Part shown: positions 28,576-38,946 of the stretch, in pieces
Position numbering within the stretch: the first letter of the stretch is position 1
How the letters are laid out: the number at the start of each line of letters is the position of its first letter
Assembly (NCBI GenBank): GCA_964524015.1
Contig: CAZGBN010000012.1
Span: 7,478 to 71,477, forward strand
Direction of reading: 5' to 3'
DNA from: an uncultured Mucilaginibacter sp.
Lineage (GTDB): Bacteria; Bacteroidota; Bacteroidia; Sphingobacteriales; Sphingobacteriaceae
Length of the DNA stretch: 64,000 bases
Made by a program: the position numbers and the translations under genes
The notes under the pieces: generated by a model
Told to the model about the DNA's origin: nothing
The model's database searches: none
What the model saw: the letters and a program-made list of their open reading frames with translations, nothing else

Positions 28576-29565
28576 TTGTTAATAGATAATCACGGCAGAA
28601 AAATTAATTATCTGCGCCTTGCGGTGACAGACAGATGCAACCTGCGCTGTTTTTATTGCATGCCTGAGGAAGGACTAAACTGGCTTAGCCGTAGCGAATT
28701 AATGACCTACGAAGAAATGCTGCGCAGTTGTGCTTTGCTGGTTAAAATGGGTATCGAAAAAATACGAATTACAGGCGGGGAGCCTTTTGTGCGTAAGGAT
28801 ATTATGCAATTGTTAACCGACCTATCCAAGCTGGATGGCTTGCAAGAGTTAAGTATGACCACCAACGGCGTTTTAACCGCGCCATATGTTGCCGAGATGA
28901 AAGCGTTAGGGGTAAAGTCGGTTAATTTGAGTTTAGATACTTTAGATGCCAACCGCTTTTTTACCATTACCCGCCGTGATGAGTTTGCCAATGTAATGGA
29001 TACATTAGATGAATTACTTAAACATAGTATAGATGTAAAGGTCAACTCCGTAGTTATGGAGGGCAAAAATATTGAAGATATTATACCATTGGTTGAGTTA
29101 ACTAAAGATTTGCCGGTAAGTGTACGTTTTATTGAAGAAATGCCTTTTAACGGCGACAGTCATACATACAACGGTTTAAAATGGGACTATGTACATATTC
29201 TTGAAAAGATAAGAGATAAATTCCCATCTATTGAAAAACTGACCGATCCGGCTTATTCTACATCCTATAACTATAACATCCCCGGACATAAAGGAAATAT
29301 AGGCATTATTGCCGCTTATTCGCGTACGTTTTGTGGCACCTGTAACCGCATAAGGATCACACCGCAGGGCGAATTGAAAAATTGCTTATATGATGATGGA
29401 GTATTAAATATAAAGGACATCATTAGGAGTGGTGCCAATGATGAATATTTAGAACAAAGTTTATTAAATGCTTTCAGTCATCGTGTAAAAGATGGATGGG
29501 AAGCTGAGCGTAGCAGGTTCGAAAAAACTGGTGTGCACGAATCAATGGCCACTATTGGAGGATAA
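28576..29565 (+). CDS. moaA: GTP 3',8-cyclase MoaA
   Basis: CNLRCFYC, FCGTCNRIR..NCL, C-terminal IGG. Confidence 0.96.
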   Translation: MLIDNHGRKINYLRLAVTDRCNLRCFYCMPEEGLNWLSRSELMTYEEMLRSCALLVKMGIEKIRITGGEPFVRKDIMQLLTDLSKLDGLQELSMTTNGVLTAPYVAEMKALGVKSVNLSLDTLDANRFFTITRRDEFANVMDTLDELLKHSIDVKVNSVVMEGKNIEDIIPLVELTKDLPVSVRFIEEMPFNGDSHTYNGLKWDYVHILEKIRDKFPSIEKLTDPAYSTSYNYNIPGHKGNIGIIAAYSRTFCGTCNRIRITPQGELKNCLYDDGVLNIKDIIRSGANDEYLEQSLLNAFSHRVKDGWEAERSRFEKTGVHESMATIGG

Positions 29566-29567
29566 TT

Positions 29568-30773
29568 ATGATAACGGTTGAAGAAGCCGAACAGTTAATA
29601 CAGGAGCATGCCGGTGATTATGGTGTAGAAATTATACCATTTGAAATGTCATCGGGCAGGGTATTGGCCGAAACTATTAAGGCCGACCGCGACCTGCCCC
29701 CGTTTAACCGTGTGAGTATGGACGGTATCGCCATCAATTATAATGCAATATTACAAGGTATTACCAGATTCCGGATCAAAGCTACCCAGGCGGCAGGTGA
29801 CAGCCCTGTTGATATTGAAAGTAATGAGGAATGTGTAGAGATCATGACAGGGGCGGCATTATCTTCTTCAGTTGATACCATCATCCGCTATGAAGATGTA
29901 GAGATCAAAGATGGTTATGCAATGCTAGCCATATCATCGGTACAAAAAAATCAAAACATACATAAGAAAGGTGCTGATAAAAAGCAGGGTGATATCATAT
30001 TAACTCCCGGCAGGTTAATTACCCCTGCGGTTATCAATTCAATAGCATCGGTAGGCGAAACTGAACTGCGCGTAAAAAGGCTGCCACGGGTAGTAATTAT
30101 ATCATCAGGTGATGAACTGGTGGAAGTAGCAGCTAAACCATCGCCCTACCAAATTAGGAAATCAAATAGTCATACCATACAGGCAGTGCTAAATCAACAC
30201 GGTATAACAGCCGGGATGCTGCATATACCGGATGATCCGGAAGTTACCAAACAAAATATACAGCAATGTCTGCAAAATTATGATGTGATATTGCTAAGCG
30301 GAGGCATATCCATGGGTAAATTTGATTACATACCACAGGCTTTGCAAGAATTGCAGGTAAATAAGGTCTTCCACAAAGTAGCACAGCGCCCGGGCAAACC
30401 TTTTTGGTTTGGTAAGCATGATAATGGGGTAGTGGTATTTGCTTTTCCAGGTAACCCGGTGGCAACATTTTTGGGTATGCAGAAATATTTTCTGCCGTGG
30501 CTGCAAACATCGTTAGGGTTAATACCGAAAGCGCCTGTGTTTGCTGTATTGAATAAAGATTTTATATTTAAACCACAGCTAAAATACTTTTTGCAGGTTA
30601 AACTAAATTTTAATGAGCAAGGTCAATTATTGGCTGAGCCTATTGAAGGAAATGGTTCAGGCGATTTTGCTAACTTAGCAGATACAGATGCTTTTATGGA
30701 ATTACCTTTAGAGAAAGATGAGTTTAAAAAAGGTGAAGTGTTTAAAATTTATCCCTTCAATTCACTGATATAA
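29568..30773 (+). CDS. moeA: Molybdopterin molybdotransferase MoeA
   Basis: PPFNRVSMDG, IMTGA, SSGDEL, RPGKP, PGNPV. Confidence 0.95.
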   Translation: MITVEEAEQLIQEHAGDYGVEIIPFEMSSGRVLAETIKADRDLPPFNRVSMDGIAINYNAILQGITRFRIKATQAAGDSPVDIESNEECVEIMTGAALSSSVDTIIRYEDVEIKDGYAMLAISSVQKNQNIHKKGADKKQGDIILTPGRLITPAVINSIASVGETELRVKRLPRVVIISSGDELVEVAAKPSPYQIRKSNSHTIQAVLNQHGITAGMLHIPDDPEVTKQNIQQCLQNYDVILLSGGISMGKFDYIPQALQELQVNKVFHKVAQRPGKPFWFGKHDNGVVVFAFPGNPVATFLGMQKYFLPWLQTSLGLIPKAPVFAVLNKDFIFKPQLKYFLQVKLNFNEQGQLLAEPIEGNGSGDFANLADTDAFMELPLEKDEFKKGEVFKIYPFNSLI

Positions 30774-31255
30774 TGAGCGAAAACGGTTTTACACATTTGG
30801 ATAACGAGGGCCGCGCCACCATGGTTGATGTGGGCGGCAAAGCCATTACACGTCGTACCGCAACTGCACGCAGTATAGTTGAGTTACCTGTCGAAGTTTT
30901 GGCCCAATTAGCTAATGGCGATGTGCAAACTAAAAAAGGTTCAGTATTTCAAACGGCTATAATAGCAGGGATAATGGCGGCTAAAAAAACGGGAGAGTTG
31001 ATTCCACTTTGCCACCCACTGGGCTTAGATAATTGTCATATTACTATACAACTGAATGATCAGCGGGAAGCAGTTATTGAGTGTACAGCCAGCATCACTG
31101 CTAAAACTGGTATTGAAATGGAAGCTTTAGTTGGTGCATCAATAGCTGCATTAACTATTTATGATATGTGCAAGGCGTTAAGCCATGATATTGTGATTAA
31201 AGAAACCAAACTGATTGAAAAAACGGGAGGTAAGCGTGATTTCAAAAGAACATAA
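30773..31255 (+). CDS. moaC: Cyclic pyranopterin monophosphate synthase MoaC
   Basis: MVDVGGK, LIPLCHP, GIEMEAL, IYDMCKA, KTGGK. Confidence 0.96.
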   Translation: MSENGFTHLDNEGRATMVDVGGKAITRRTATARSIVELPVEVLAQLANGDVQTKKGSVFQTAIIAGIMAAKKTGELIPLCHPLGLDNCHITIQLNDQREAVIECTASITAKTGIEMEALVGASIAALTIYDMCKALSHDIVIKETKLIEKTGGKRDFKRT

Positions 31256-32405
31256 AAAACACACTGCTTTAGCCAAGCCCGCTACGGGTAACTTTAACCG
31301 CAATGAATGGGCCATTGTTGGTGGGCCATGTACCACTATCAAATTGTTAGCTGATGCAGTTATAGGTGCGTTAACCCCACAATATAACTGTGCCTACGCG
31401 GATACTTCTCATAATGATGATATGATATCGTCATCCGGACGCTTAGCTAGTGGAGCTGTTTTAGAATATACAGATCAGATCAATTTTCATCAATTTAATT
31501 ATAGTGCCCCGTTAACCCCGGTAAGGTTTAAACAACAATTTGCTGACGCAGACATGGTGCTGGTAAATGGTAACCATCAGCAAGCTAAAGCGCAGGTGGT
31601 GATTATTTACAACAATAAACAAGCATCACTGCAAAAAAGAATAGAACAGCTAACCAATGTACAGTTAATACTACTAGCTGAATCTACCGATGAGATATTT
31701 GATTTCGTAAAAGAAGCAATCCCTAATTGGCAAAACATCCCGGTTTGTTATTTGGATGAAAGGGATAAGATCATCGCGTTTTTTAAAAATAAAATGCAGC
31801 AAACTATAGCACCACTTAACGGCCTGGTTTTGGCAGGCGGCAAAAGTATGCGAATGGGCTATGATAAGGGGGTAGTTAACTGGCATGGCAAGCAACAACG
31901 TTATTATATGGCCGACCAACTGCGCCCGTATTGCAATAAGGTCTCGCTATCCTGCCGTGCAGAGCAAAAGGACGAGATAGATCCGGACTATACGGTATTA
32001 GAAGATACTTTTATTGATTTAGGGCCATATGGTGCAATCCTTTCTGCATTTCGCCAAAATCCAGACCAAGCCCTATTAGTTATAGCTTGCGATCTGCCTT
32101 TAATGGATGATAAAACTTTACAATACTTAGTAGCTAATCGTAACCCTTCAGCACTGGCAACTGCGTTTCAGAGCGGTTTTGATGAGTTTCCTGAGCCCTT
32201 AATTACCATTTGGGAGCCAAAAAGCTATCCTGTTTTATTGGCCTGGCTAGCGCAAGGGTACTCATGCCCCCGCAAAGTTTTAATTAATAGCGATATTAAC
32301 CTGTTACAAGCCCCAAATCTAAATGCATTAACTAATGTAAATACCCCGGAGGATGCGGAACGGGTTAAAGCACTGATCCAACAAAAAAACGCGATTAATG
32401 AATAA
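31236..32405 (+). CDS. mobA: Molybdenum cofactor guanylyltransferase with N-terminal MobB-like extension
   Basis: GTG at 31236; C-terminal LAGGKSMRMG..K, GPYGAI, ACDLP, NVNTPED; about 190-aa N-terminal domain. Confidence 0.8.
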   Translation: MISKEHKKHTALAKPATGNFNRNEWAIVGGPCTTIKLLADAVIGALTPQYNCAYADTSHNDDMISSSGRLASGAVLEYTDQINFHQFNYSAPLTPVRFKQQFADADMVLVNGNHQQAKAQVVIIYNNKQASLQKRIEQLTNVQLILLAESTDEIFDFVKEAIPNWQNIPVCYLDERDKIIAFFKNKMQQTIAPLNGLVLAGGKSMRMGYDKGVVNWHGKQQRYYMADQLRPYCNKVSLSCRAEQKDEIDPDYTVLEDTFIDLGPYGAILSAFRQNPDQALLVIACDLPLMDDKTLQYLVANRNPSALATAFQSGFDEFPEPLITIWEPKSYPVLLAWLAQGYSCPRKVLINSDINLLQAPNLNALTNVNTPEDAERVKALIQQKNAINE

Positions 32406-33465
32406 TGATCTGCTAAGATATAGCTGCCAGATAGCTTTGCCCGGTTTTAGCGAGACAGCACAACAGCGTTTAAAGCAAGCCAAAGTGTTAGTAGTTGGTG
32501 CGGGTGGACTAGGTTGCCCGGCGGCACAGTATTTAGTTTCGTCAGGCATCGGAACCTTGGGTATTGCTGATTATGATACTATTTCTATTAGCAACCTTCA
32601 CCGCCAAATATTATATACCCCTGCAGATGTTGGTCAAAAAAAAGCACTTATAGCTTGCGATAAACTCCAGAAACAAAACCCACAAATTAAATTAGTGGCA
32701 CATGATGTAAAGATTACATCAGGTAATGTTATGGACATAATAAGGAGTTATGATATTGTAGTAGATGGCACCGATAATTTTGATACCCGATATCTATTGA
32801 ACGATGCTGCAGTTTTAAGCCACAAACCTGTAGTATACGGCGCTATTTATCAATTTGAGGGTCAATTGTCGGTATGGAATATAACTAACGCAGATGGCTC
32901 TAAAAGCCCCAATTATCGCGACTTATTCCCGCAGGTAGATGCCACACAAATACCCAATTGTGCCGATGGTGGAGTTATCCCTACGTTGGCTGGTATAATT
33001 GGCTGTATGCAGGCCAATGAGGTTATTAAGTATATCACCCAAACAGGCGAACTATTAGCCGGAAAAGTGTTAGTATTTGATGCGCAAACTTTGCGAAGCC
33101 ATATCATCAAAATAGGGCCAGTTACACAAACTAACATCACGAAGTTGATCGAGAGTGTAGATATACCTGTGATGTCGGTCGCTCAGATTAAAAAAGGTTT
33201 GGCTGATGGTACCTTAGAATTAGTAGATATCCGTACCGACCAGGAAAGGGATGTGATAGATATTGGCGGTGAGCATTTTGAAGCTGATGAACTGGAAGAT
33301 AATTTAAATTACCTCGATAATAAAATTACTAAGGTATTATACTGTTCATCAGGTAAAAGGAGTGGGGAAGCCGTAAAAGCTATCCAATCCAAACTTACCC
33401 AAACAAAAGTATTCTCTATGGATGGGGGCTTGAAAGCTTGGTTCGAGGCCGAACAGTTAGCCTAA
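32398..33465 (+). CDS. moeB: MoeB/ThiF adenylyltransferase with C-terminal rhodanese domain
   Basis: VVGAGGLG, SNLHRQ, DGTDNF, YCSSGKRS. Confidence 0.9.
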   Translation: MNNDLLRYSCQIALPGFSETAQQRLKQAKVLVVGAGGLGCPAAQYLVSSGIGTLGIADYDTISISNLHRQILYTPADVGQKKALIACDKLQKQNPQIKLVAHDVKITSGNVMDIIRSYDIVVDGTDNFDTRYLLNDAAVLSHKPVVYGAIYQFEGQLSVWNITNADGSKSPNYRDLFPQVDATQIPNCADGGVIPTLAGIIGCMQANEVIKYITQTGELLAGKVLVFDAQTLRSHIIKIGPVTQTNITKLIESVDIPVMSVAQIKKGLADGTLELVDIRTDQERDVIDIGGEHFEADELEDNLNYLDNKITKVLYCSSGKRSGEAVKAIQSKLTQTKVFSMDGGLKAWFEAEQLA

Positions 33466-35364
33466 TAAACTATTTGTAAACTCCAGTTTTATTTTCGACT
33501 GGAAATTATCTATCACTTTAAATATTTCCTTCAAAGTTACCCGCTCAATTTTGGTTAAGGTTGATATGTCAACATAATTATCCGGTTCGGTACGGTCATG
33601 TAATAGTTGTGCAGCTTGCTTTTTCAGGCGGATGCTCATTAAAAAGTAATAGGCCTGGTTTAGTTCATGATATTCGGCTTCTGTAAATACCTCTTTATCT
33701 TTTAGTGCTTTCATTCGATCGCCGGTATTTAGTTCGAAAATTCGGTGTTTTAAACAATAAACCCTCACGAGGTCAACAATAGGTGTCATAGCCCTTTTAA
33801 TGTCAAATACCTCTTTATCATTTTTAGTGAATGTACGTATCGCATTAAAGAATGTTAAAGGTGCCTGGTACTGTAAGGCATTAAGTCCCATGTTGTAAAA
33901 TAGCTTCTCCTGTGGTTTTTGCAACGACTCATCTAAAAATTCGCGCAACTCATCCATAATGGTTTCATCGCCATAAATAGTACGACAATCAAAAAAGGTG
34001 GAGAAATTGATCACTGTTTCTGGTAATGATTCGTCCATCCACTCTTGATAATTACGTTTCCAATGGGATAATGAGTGCGTCCACTTGGGGTTTTGTGCCA
34101 TGAAGCCACCTGTGCAGTAAACAAATCCTGTATCATTTAGCATGTCAGAAACCTTGGTAGCAAATTCTAAAAAGTATTCCCTTACTTCTTCGCGGTGCTC
34201 ATTGGCTTTATCCTCGTAAATAATGGCGTTGTCCTGATCGGTTTTAAAGGTTTGCTCTTTACGGCCCTCGCTGCCTAATACCATAAAAACAAACTTAGCA
34301 GGCGGTGGCCCCATTTGCTCAATGGCTTGTTCTATTACTTTTAGGGCTATGGTGTCGGCAATGGTGGTAATAACCCGGTTGGCAATATGCGCATGTACAC
34401 CTCGTTGCAATAATTGGCTCACAAAGGCAGGTACAGTATCCCACTTTTTCTTTAGTTCCTGTACAGATACAGCAGATTTTACTGATTGTATAAATACTAA
34501 TGGAGATTGAGCTTGTTCGCTCAATAATTTATTGCGACTTAAAAACCCCACATATTCATCACCATTTTTTACCAATAAGTAACGGGTTTTGGTTTGAAAC
34601 ATCATCAATATCGCCTCATATATATAGGCTGATGCATCTACGCTGCGCACCGGGAACTCCATTACTGTGCTTAAGGGTTCCTGCGGGTTAATTTGTAAAC
34701 CGATAACCTTATCGCGTAAGGTAATATCTGTTACATAACCTATCATTTGTTTGTTATCATCTGTCACAAACAAACAGCTTACTTTATTTGCCGCCATGCT
34801 TTGTGCTGCTTTGTAGATAGGTGTATTACTTGGGCATGATATAATGGCGCGCTGCTCAACACTTTCAATTTTACGTGAGTAAAGCTGATCGGCAGCTATA
34901 TAGCTTTCTTCAAAAGTAGCCGGCTTTTTAAAAAAGTGCACAAACTCTTCGTTCTGCATCCGCTTGCCAAATTCCGAACTGAAATACTGGAAAAAATCTT
35001 CGTAGGTTTTACAAAGTTCCCTAAAGTATTTACGATGCAAGAAGTAAACTATGGTCCCTTTTTTGGCTATAACCGTTCGTAAAGATTGACGGCGGTTTAG
35101 TAATATAGAAACGCCGCCATAACAAAATCCCGACTCATGTACCTCAATTAACCGTTTGTTTTGAGCGTTATCATAAAAGAAGGATTCGTAATTACCCTTA
35201 ACAATGATATCAACTCCCTTAAGTTTGGTTATTTCTTGTTGATAGATGGTAGTATCTTTTTGATAACTTACTTTATCTAATTGCCCTGCTATTCCCTTTA
35301 ATACCTCTTCTGGCAATAAATGAAATGGCGTTACAGTTTTAAGAAATTCTACACGGTCCTTCAT
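33457..35364 (-). CDS. cNMP-binding + CBS + DUF294 nucleotidyltransferase
   Basis: Start moved to MKDRVEF (ATGA overlap); GSEGRKEQTFKTDQDNA NTase motif, CTGGFMAQNPKW, FFDCR. Confidence 0.9.
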   Translation of the reverse strand: MKDRVEFLKTVTPFHLLPEEVLKGIAGQLDKVSYQKDTTIYQQEITKLKGVDIIVKGNYESFFYDNAQNKRLIEVHESGFCYGGVSILLNRRQSLRTVIAKKGTIVYFLHRKYFRELCKTYEDFFQYFSSEFGKRMQNEEFVHFFKKPATFEESYIAADQLYSRKIESVEQRAIISCPSNTPIYKAAQSMAANKVSCLFVTDDNKQMIGYVTDITLRDKVIGLQINPQEPLSTVMEFPVRSVDASAYIYEAILMMFQTKTRYLLVKNGDEYVGFLSRNKLLSEQAQSPLVFIQSVKSAVSVQELKKKWDTVPAFVSQLLQRGVHAHIANRVITTIADTIALKVIEQAIEQMGPPPAKFVFMVLGSEGRKEQTFKTDQDNAIIYEDKANEHREEVREYFLEFATKVSDMLNDTGFVYCTGGFMAQNPKWTHSLSHWKRNYQEWMDESLPETVINFSTFFDCRTIYGDETIMDELREFLDESLQKPQEKLFYNMGLNALQYQAPLTFFNAIRTFTKNDKEVFDIKRAMTPIVDLVRVYCLKHRIFELNTGDRMKALKDKEVFTEAEYHELNQAYYFLMSIRLKKQAAQLLHDRTEPDNYVDISTLTKIERVTLKEIFKVIDNFQSKIKLEFTNSLLG

Positions 35365-36065
35365 ATCAAATAACAAATTAATATACCTGCTAATACAAAT
35401 AGTAAGGTGGGAAGCATACAACCTTTTTTATTAACCTCAGGATGCCGCCATTTATACGAATTTTGATTTTGCTGTTCAATCATTTTTGGGGTTATCTCCC
35501 CGCGATCGGTTAGTTCAAAAAAACAATCGGCAGCATGTAGCGCATCATATAATGCGTTATGTGGATGAATTAACTCTTTATAAAAAAGGGTATTGTATAG
35601 CTCATCCAGGCGTAATTGTCGCGATGTTGTGTTTTGCATGATATGGCCACTGGTAGTCATTGTACAAAAAACCGGGACTTTTTCTAAAACATCTTTAATG
35701 CCTGCACGATATAGTTCGGCACCTATAACGTAATAATCCATTTTTACGAAGTGACCTATTACAAGCGGATTATAAAATACCAGGTCATCAATAAAAAGCT
35801 GCAATACCTTGTTAATATCATCGCCATGTTCTTGCAGATAAGCAGGAGTAATGCCATGAACTTTAAAAGCCGATTCACTTATCTCAACATCATCATGTAT
35901 GCTGATATAATGATCTTCTCTTTTAATCTCTACACGATGTTTATCGTATACTATCCAGGATATTTGTAAGGCGTGTGGCCAGTTATCGGGTGCAGTAAAA
36001 GGCAGCGTCCAATTTTTTGGCAGATCAGAAGCCTCGGTATCAATAAATAATAGATAGTTGTTCAA
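35361..36065 (-). CDS. DEDDh 3'-5' exonuclease with C-terminal membrane anchor
   Basis: FIDTEAS, GHFVKMD, FCTM, HNALYD; hydrophobic C-terminus LPTLLFVLAGILICYLI. Confidence 0.85.
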   Translation of the reverse strand: MNNYLLFIDTEASDLPKNWTLPFTAPDNWPHALQISWIVYDKHRVEIKREDHYISIHDDVEISESAFKVHGITPAYLQEHGDDINKVLQLFIDDLVFYNPLVIGHFVKMDYYVIGAELYRAGIKDVLEKVPVFCTMTTSGHIMQNTTSRQLRLDELYNTLFYKELIHPHNALYDALHAADCFFELTDRGEITPKMIEQQNQNSYKWRHPEVNKKGCMLPTLLFVLAGILICYLI

Positions 36066-36132
36066 TGGTTTTTAGCAGATGTATAACTATTCAAATTTAT
36101 AAAATATAGCCACTATAAAAAGCTTATTAAAT

Positions 36133-36167
36133 AAAAAGCCCCTCTGCATTAACACAAAGGGGCTTTT
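36133..36167 (-). terminator. Terminator after the aminotransferase
   Basis: AAAAAGCCCCT...AGGGGCTTTT. Confidence 0.7.
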
Positions 36168-36187
36168 ATAATATTTAACAAAAGCTA

Positions 36188-37381
36188 TTATTGCAGTTTA
36201 GCTAAAGCAGTTTTAATACGGCTCATAGCTTCAACCAATTTCTCTTCAGAAGCGGCGTATGACATACGGATAGATTTTTTGTCACCAAATGAATCACCAC
36301 CTACGGTTGATACATGCGCTTCTTCTAATAAATAAATACTTAGTTCGTCAGCATCATTAATGGTTTTGCCATTAGCGCTTTTGCCAAAAAATGAAGTAAC
36401 ATTAGGGAAGAAATAAAATGCCCCTTCTGGTAAGTTTACTTTTAAGCCGGGGATCTCTTTCATCAAGCCATAAACCAGGTCACGGCGTTTTTTAAATTGT
36501 TCACGCATTTCTAAAACGCTTTCTAAACCACCATCGTAAGCGGCTAAACCGGCACGTTGGGTAACAGATGAAGTACCTGAAGTGATCTGTCCCTGTAATT
36601 TATCGCAGGCAGCAGCAATTTCTTTGTTTGATACAGAGTAACCTAATCTCCAACCAGTCATAGCAAATGCTTTAGACCATCCGTTGATGATAATTACGCG
36701 ATCCTTAATGCTATCAAATTGAGCGATTGATTCGTGTTTGTCAACAAAGTTGATATGCTCGTATATCTCGTCAGACAGGATATAGATATTTGGATATTTT
36801 TCAAATACTTTAGCCAAACCTTCTAACTCAGCTTTACTGTAAACACTACCTGTAGGGTTACAAGGCGATGAGAACATAAATAACTTAGTTTTAGGCGTAA
36901 TAGCGGCTACTAATTGTTCAGGCGTGATTTTAAAATCCGACTCAACAGTAGTGTCAATAAATACGCTTACACCTTCGGTTAATTTTACCACTTCTGAGTA
37001 TGATACCCAGTAAGGAGTAGGAATAATAACCTCTTCGCCCGGGTTAACCAAACACATTAAAACATTGGCAATAGATTGCTTAGCACCGGTAGAAACAACT
37101 ACCTGGCTAAAATCATAATCTAAACCATTTTCTTTCTTTAATTTTTCAACAACGGCCTTACGTAATTCAGGGTATCCGGCAACTGGGGTATAATAAGTAT
37201 AGTTATCATCCATGGCCTTCTTTGCTGCGTCCTTAATGTGCTTTGGCGTGTTAAAATCGGGCTCGCCGAAGCTAAGGTTAATCACATCAATGCCTTTTGC
37301 GGCAAGTTCGCGGCCCATTTTGGCCATTTTAATTGTTGCTGATTCTGACAGGTTGTTAATCCTGTTACTTAATGCGCTCAT
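36188..37381 (-). CDS. aspC: Aspartate aminotransferase (PLP class I/II)
   Basis: Start moved to MSALS; GEPDF, GAKQ, SPCNPTG, SDEIY, SKAFAMTGWRLG. Confidence 0.88.
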   Translation of the reverse strand: MSALSNRINNLSESATIKMAKMGRELAAKGIDVINLSFGEPDFNTPKHIKDAAKKAMDDNYTYYTPVAGYPELRKAVVEKLKKENGLDYDFSQVVVSTGAKQSIANVLMCLVNPGEEVIIPTPYWVSYSEVVKLTEGVSVFIDTTVESDFKITPEQLVAAITPKTKLFMFSSPCNPTGSVYSKAELEGLAKVFEKYPNIYILSDEIYEHINFVDKHESIAQFDSIKDRVIIINGWSKAFAMTGWRLGYSVSNKEIAAACDKLQGQITSGTSSVTQRAGLAAYDGGLESVLEMREQFKKRRDLVYGLMKEIPGLKVNLPEGAFYFFPNVTSFFGKSANGKTINDADELSIYLLEEAHVSTVGGDSFGDKKSIRMSYAASEEKLVEAMSRIKTALAKLQ

Positions 37382-37534
37382 GTTTTGTTTTTTGTTGTTA
37401 TCAGGCGCAAATATAGAAAATATGCCTAAAGCTAAGGTCATTACCAGTCCACTTTTTGATTTTACTTTTTTGGTTGCTGCTTTCTGCTGTTGTTACCGTT
37501 GTTATTCCTAAATTTGACTTATAATTTATCGGAT

Positions 37535-38506
37535 TTGCTACAACAAAAAAAGATCATTCTTATATCGCTGGTAACGGGCATTGTGTTAATGATGGCCAAA
37601 TTTGGCGCGTATTTTATTACATCATCAAACTTTGTACTTACCGATGCAGCCGAGAGCATAGTAAACGTTATAGCTAGTTCGTTCGCGTTTTTTAGTATTT
37701 ACCTGGCAGCCCAGCCACGTGATGAAAATCATCCTTATGGCCATGGTAAGGTTGAACACTTCTCTGTTTTTATTGAAGGTGGATTGATATTATTAGCTGG
37801 TCTTATTATCATTATCAAATCTATATACGGTATATTTTATCCGCATAACATACATGACTTATTAATTGGTGCTATCATCATTGGTATAACAGGTGCCATT
37901 AATGGCGTATTAGGTTATTATATGATCAGCAAGGGCAAATCTATCCCTTCTATTACTATTGAAGCAGATGGCAGGCACTTGCTTACTGATATGGTTACCA
38001 GTTTTGGTTTGGTTATCGGCTTGCTGCTTATACACTTCACTGGGTTATTGATATTAGATAGTGTACTATCAATTGTAGTAGGCTGTTATATTATATTTAC
38101 GGGATATAAGTTAGTACGCAGGTCAGTTGGTGGCTTAATGGACGAGGCCGATTTTGATGTAGTGGCCGATGTGATAAAAATATTAAATGATAAACGTAAG
38201 GAAGAGTGGATAGACGTGCACAACTTCCGCGCGCAAAAATATGGTAATGAGTTACATATTGATTGCCATGTTACGTTACCTAATTATTTTGATTTAAATA
38301 GGGTTCACGAAGAAGTATCAATGATTGATAAACTCATAAACCGCGAAGTAACTCAAACAGAATTGTTTATTCATGCCGACCCATGTCTGCCGGATTGCTG
38401 CCATTATTGTAGCATGCCAAACTGCCCCATAAGGTTTGAGCCAAAGCGGGAACATATTGAATGGACTATGGATAGGGTTATCCGAAACAAAAAACACTTT
38501 GAGTAA
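37535..38506 (+). CDS. Cation diffusion facilitator (FieF-like)
   Basis: TTG start at 37535 likely; DAAES, HPYGHGK, HLLTD; Cys-rich tail HADPCLPDCCHYC. Confidence 0.9.
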   Translation: MLQQKKIILISLVTGIVLMMAKFGAYFITSSNFVLTDAAESIVNVIASSFAFFSIYLAAQPRDENHPYGHGKVEHFSVFIEGGLILLAGLIIIIKSIYGIFYPHNIHDLLIGAIIIGITGAINGVLGYYMISKGKSIPSITIEADGRHLLTDMVTSFGLVIGLLLIHFTGLLILDSVLSIVVGCYIIFTGYKLVRRSVGGLMDEADFDVVADVIKILNDKRKEEWIDVHNFRAQKYGNELHIDCHVTLPNYFDLNRVHEEVSMIDKLINREVTQTELFIHADPCLPDCCHYCSMPNCPIRFEPKREHIEWTMDRVIRNKKHFE

Positions 38507-38946
38507 TGGCTATATTTAATGTACGTGCTTATGGTTTACTGGTTAATGATGCCAACCAGTTATTAATTACTGACGAAAAAGAATATGGCAGGCAATTCAC
38601 CAAACTACCCGGTGGCGGCCTGGAATACGGCGAAGGATTAATTGACTGCTTAAAACGGGAGTTCAGGGAGGAGTGTAATGTTGAGGTAGAAGTGCTTAGT
38701 CATTTTTACACTACTGATTTCTTTGTTAAATCCGCCTTTGGCGATGCACAGATCATTAGTGTTTATTACAAGATCAAAGCTATTTCAAATTTGGATATAT
38801 GTATTAAAACCACTCCATTTGATTTTGATGGTGAGGGAGAAGTATTACAGGCTTTTAGATGGGTTGCCTTAGCCGAGTTAAAGCCGGAAGATATGACCTT
38901 TCCTATAGATCAGTATGTAGTAAAACTTTTAAAAGAGAAAGCATGA
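38506..38946 (+). CDS. NUDIX hydrolase
   Basis: PGGGLEYGEGLIDCLKREFREE Nudix box. Confidence 0.92.
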   Translation: MAIFNVRAYGLLVNDANQLLITDEKEYGRQFTKLPGGGLEYGEGLIDCLKREFREECNVEVEVLSHFYTTDFFVKSAFGDAQIISVYYKIKAISNLDICIKTTPFDFDGEGEVLQAFRWVALAELKPEDMTFPIDQYVVKLLKEKA

